Assembly: GCA_036495485.1 (NCBI GenBank)
Contig: DASXMU010000193.1
Coordinates: 2,618-66,617, forward strand
Length of the DNA stretch: 64,000 nucleotides
Reading direction: 5' to 3'
From: Streptosporangiaceae bacterium
GTDB taxonomy: Bacteria > Actinomycetota > Actinomycetes > Streptosporangiales > Streptosporangiaceae
The notes below the pieces were generated by a model, which was not told the origin of the DNA, searched no databases, and was given only the letters and a program-made list of their open reading frames with translations. Position numbers and translations under genes: made by a program. Below, piece after piece: positions 63,752-64,000 of this stretch. Position 1 is the stretch's first letter. Every line of letters begins with the position of its first letter.

Positions 63752-64000
63752 CATGAGCCAGCAGCTGACCCTGGACCGGATCCGGGCCGATGTCGCCGAA
63801 CTGCTGTACGAAGATCCGGGCGATGTGGACGACACCGCGGATCTGCTGGCGTCCGGACTGGACTCGGTACGCATCCTCACCCTGGTCGAGCGGTGGCGCG
63901 AGGCTGGCGTCCAGGTCAGCTTCGTGGAGCTGGCCGAATCCCCCACCCTGGCCGCCTGGTGGATGCTGCTGAAGCCGCGCCTGCCTGGAGCCGGCCATGG
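63752..64000 (+). CDS. Carrier protein (EntB-ArCP/Rv0100-like), or the N-terminal carrier domain of a larger synthetase; runs off the right edge
   Basis: AAGGGGAG before ATG 63752. Hand translation MSQQLTLDRIRADVAELLYEDPGDVDDTADLLASGLDSVRILTLVERWREAGVQVSFVELAESPTLAAWWMLL..., with no stop before nt 64000. Confidence 0.7.

Overview
High-GC actinomycete-type chromosomal segment, gene-dense. Everything here comes from reading the sequence and the ORF track. No searches were run, and family names are motif recognition from memory. The many long Arg/Gly/Pro-rich ORFs in the track are antisense shadows of real genes.

Recognisable blocks:
1. nt 1-5612, minus strand: an operon headed by an unannotated 48-codon peptide gene (below the ORF-track cutoff) with its own promoter-like site and a hairpin. 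It is followed by a PF14907-like nucleotidyltransferase, an NDK-like protein, a ThiS-like::PP-loop ATPase fusion and a methyltransferase::aminotransferase fusion that runs off the left edge. This is my best candidate for an undescribed peptide-modification (RiPP-like) system.
2. 12.6-23 kb: hopanoid cluster hpnC-hpnD-hpnE-polyprenyl synthase-shc-(hpnG::ispH fusion)-hpnH. hpnE carries an in-frame 3 x 60-bp repeat, and paired 36-bp repeats lie upstream of hpnC.
3. A NarL-type two-component pair, membrane proteins, a GntR regulator, a PP2C phosphatase and an Eis-like GNAT.
4. Core synteny nusB-efp-pepQ-LLM-(extra shikimate kinase)-aroQ-aroB-aroK-aroC.
5. xdhC and mocA, split by an oppositely oriented methyltransferase gene and flanked by repeats.
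6. A sugar ABC importer plus a GH13 glucosidase.
7. hisG and an FMN-riboswitch-controlled ribE-ribBA-ribH operon.
8. Right edge: an isonitrile-lipopeptide-type cassette (Rv0097-Rv0100 / ScoB-E-like) preceded by an extra KAS III and ACP, continuing past nt 64000.

Several intergenic tandem repeat arrays and strong inverted repeats are also listed.
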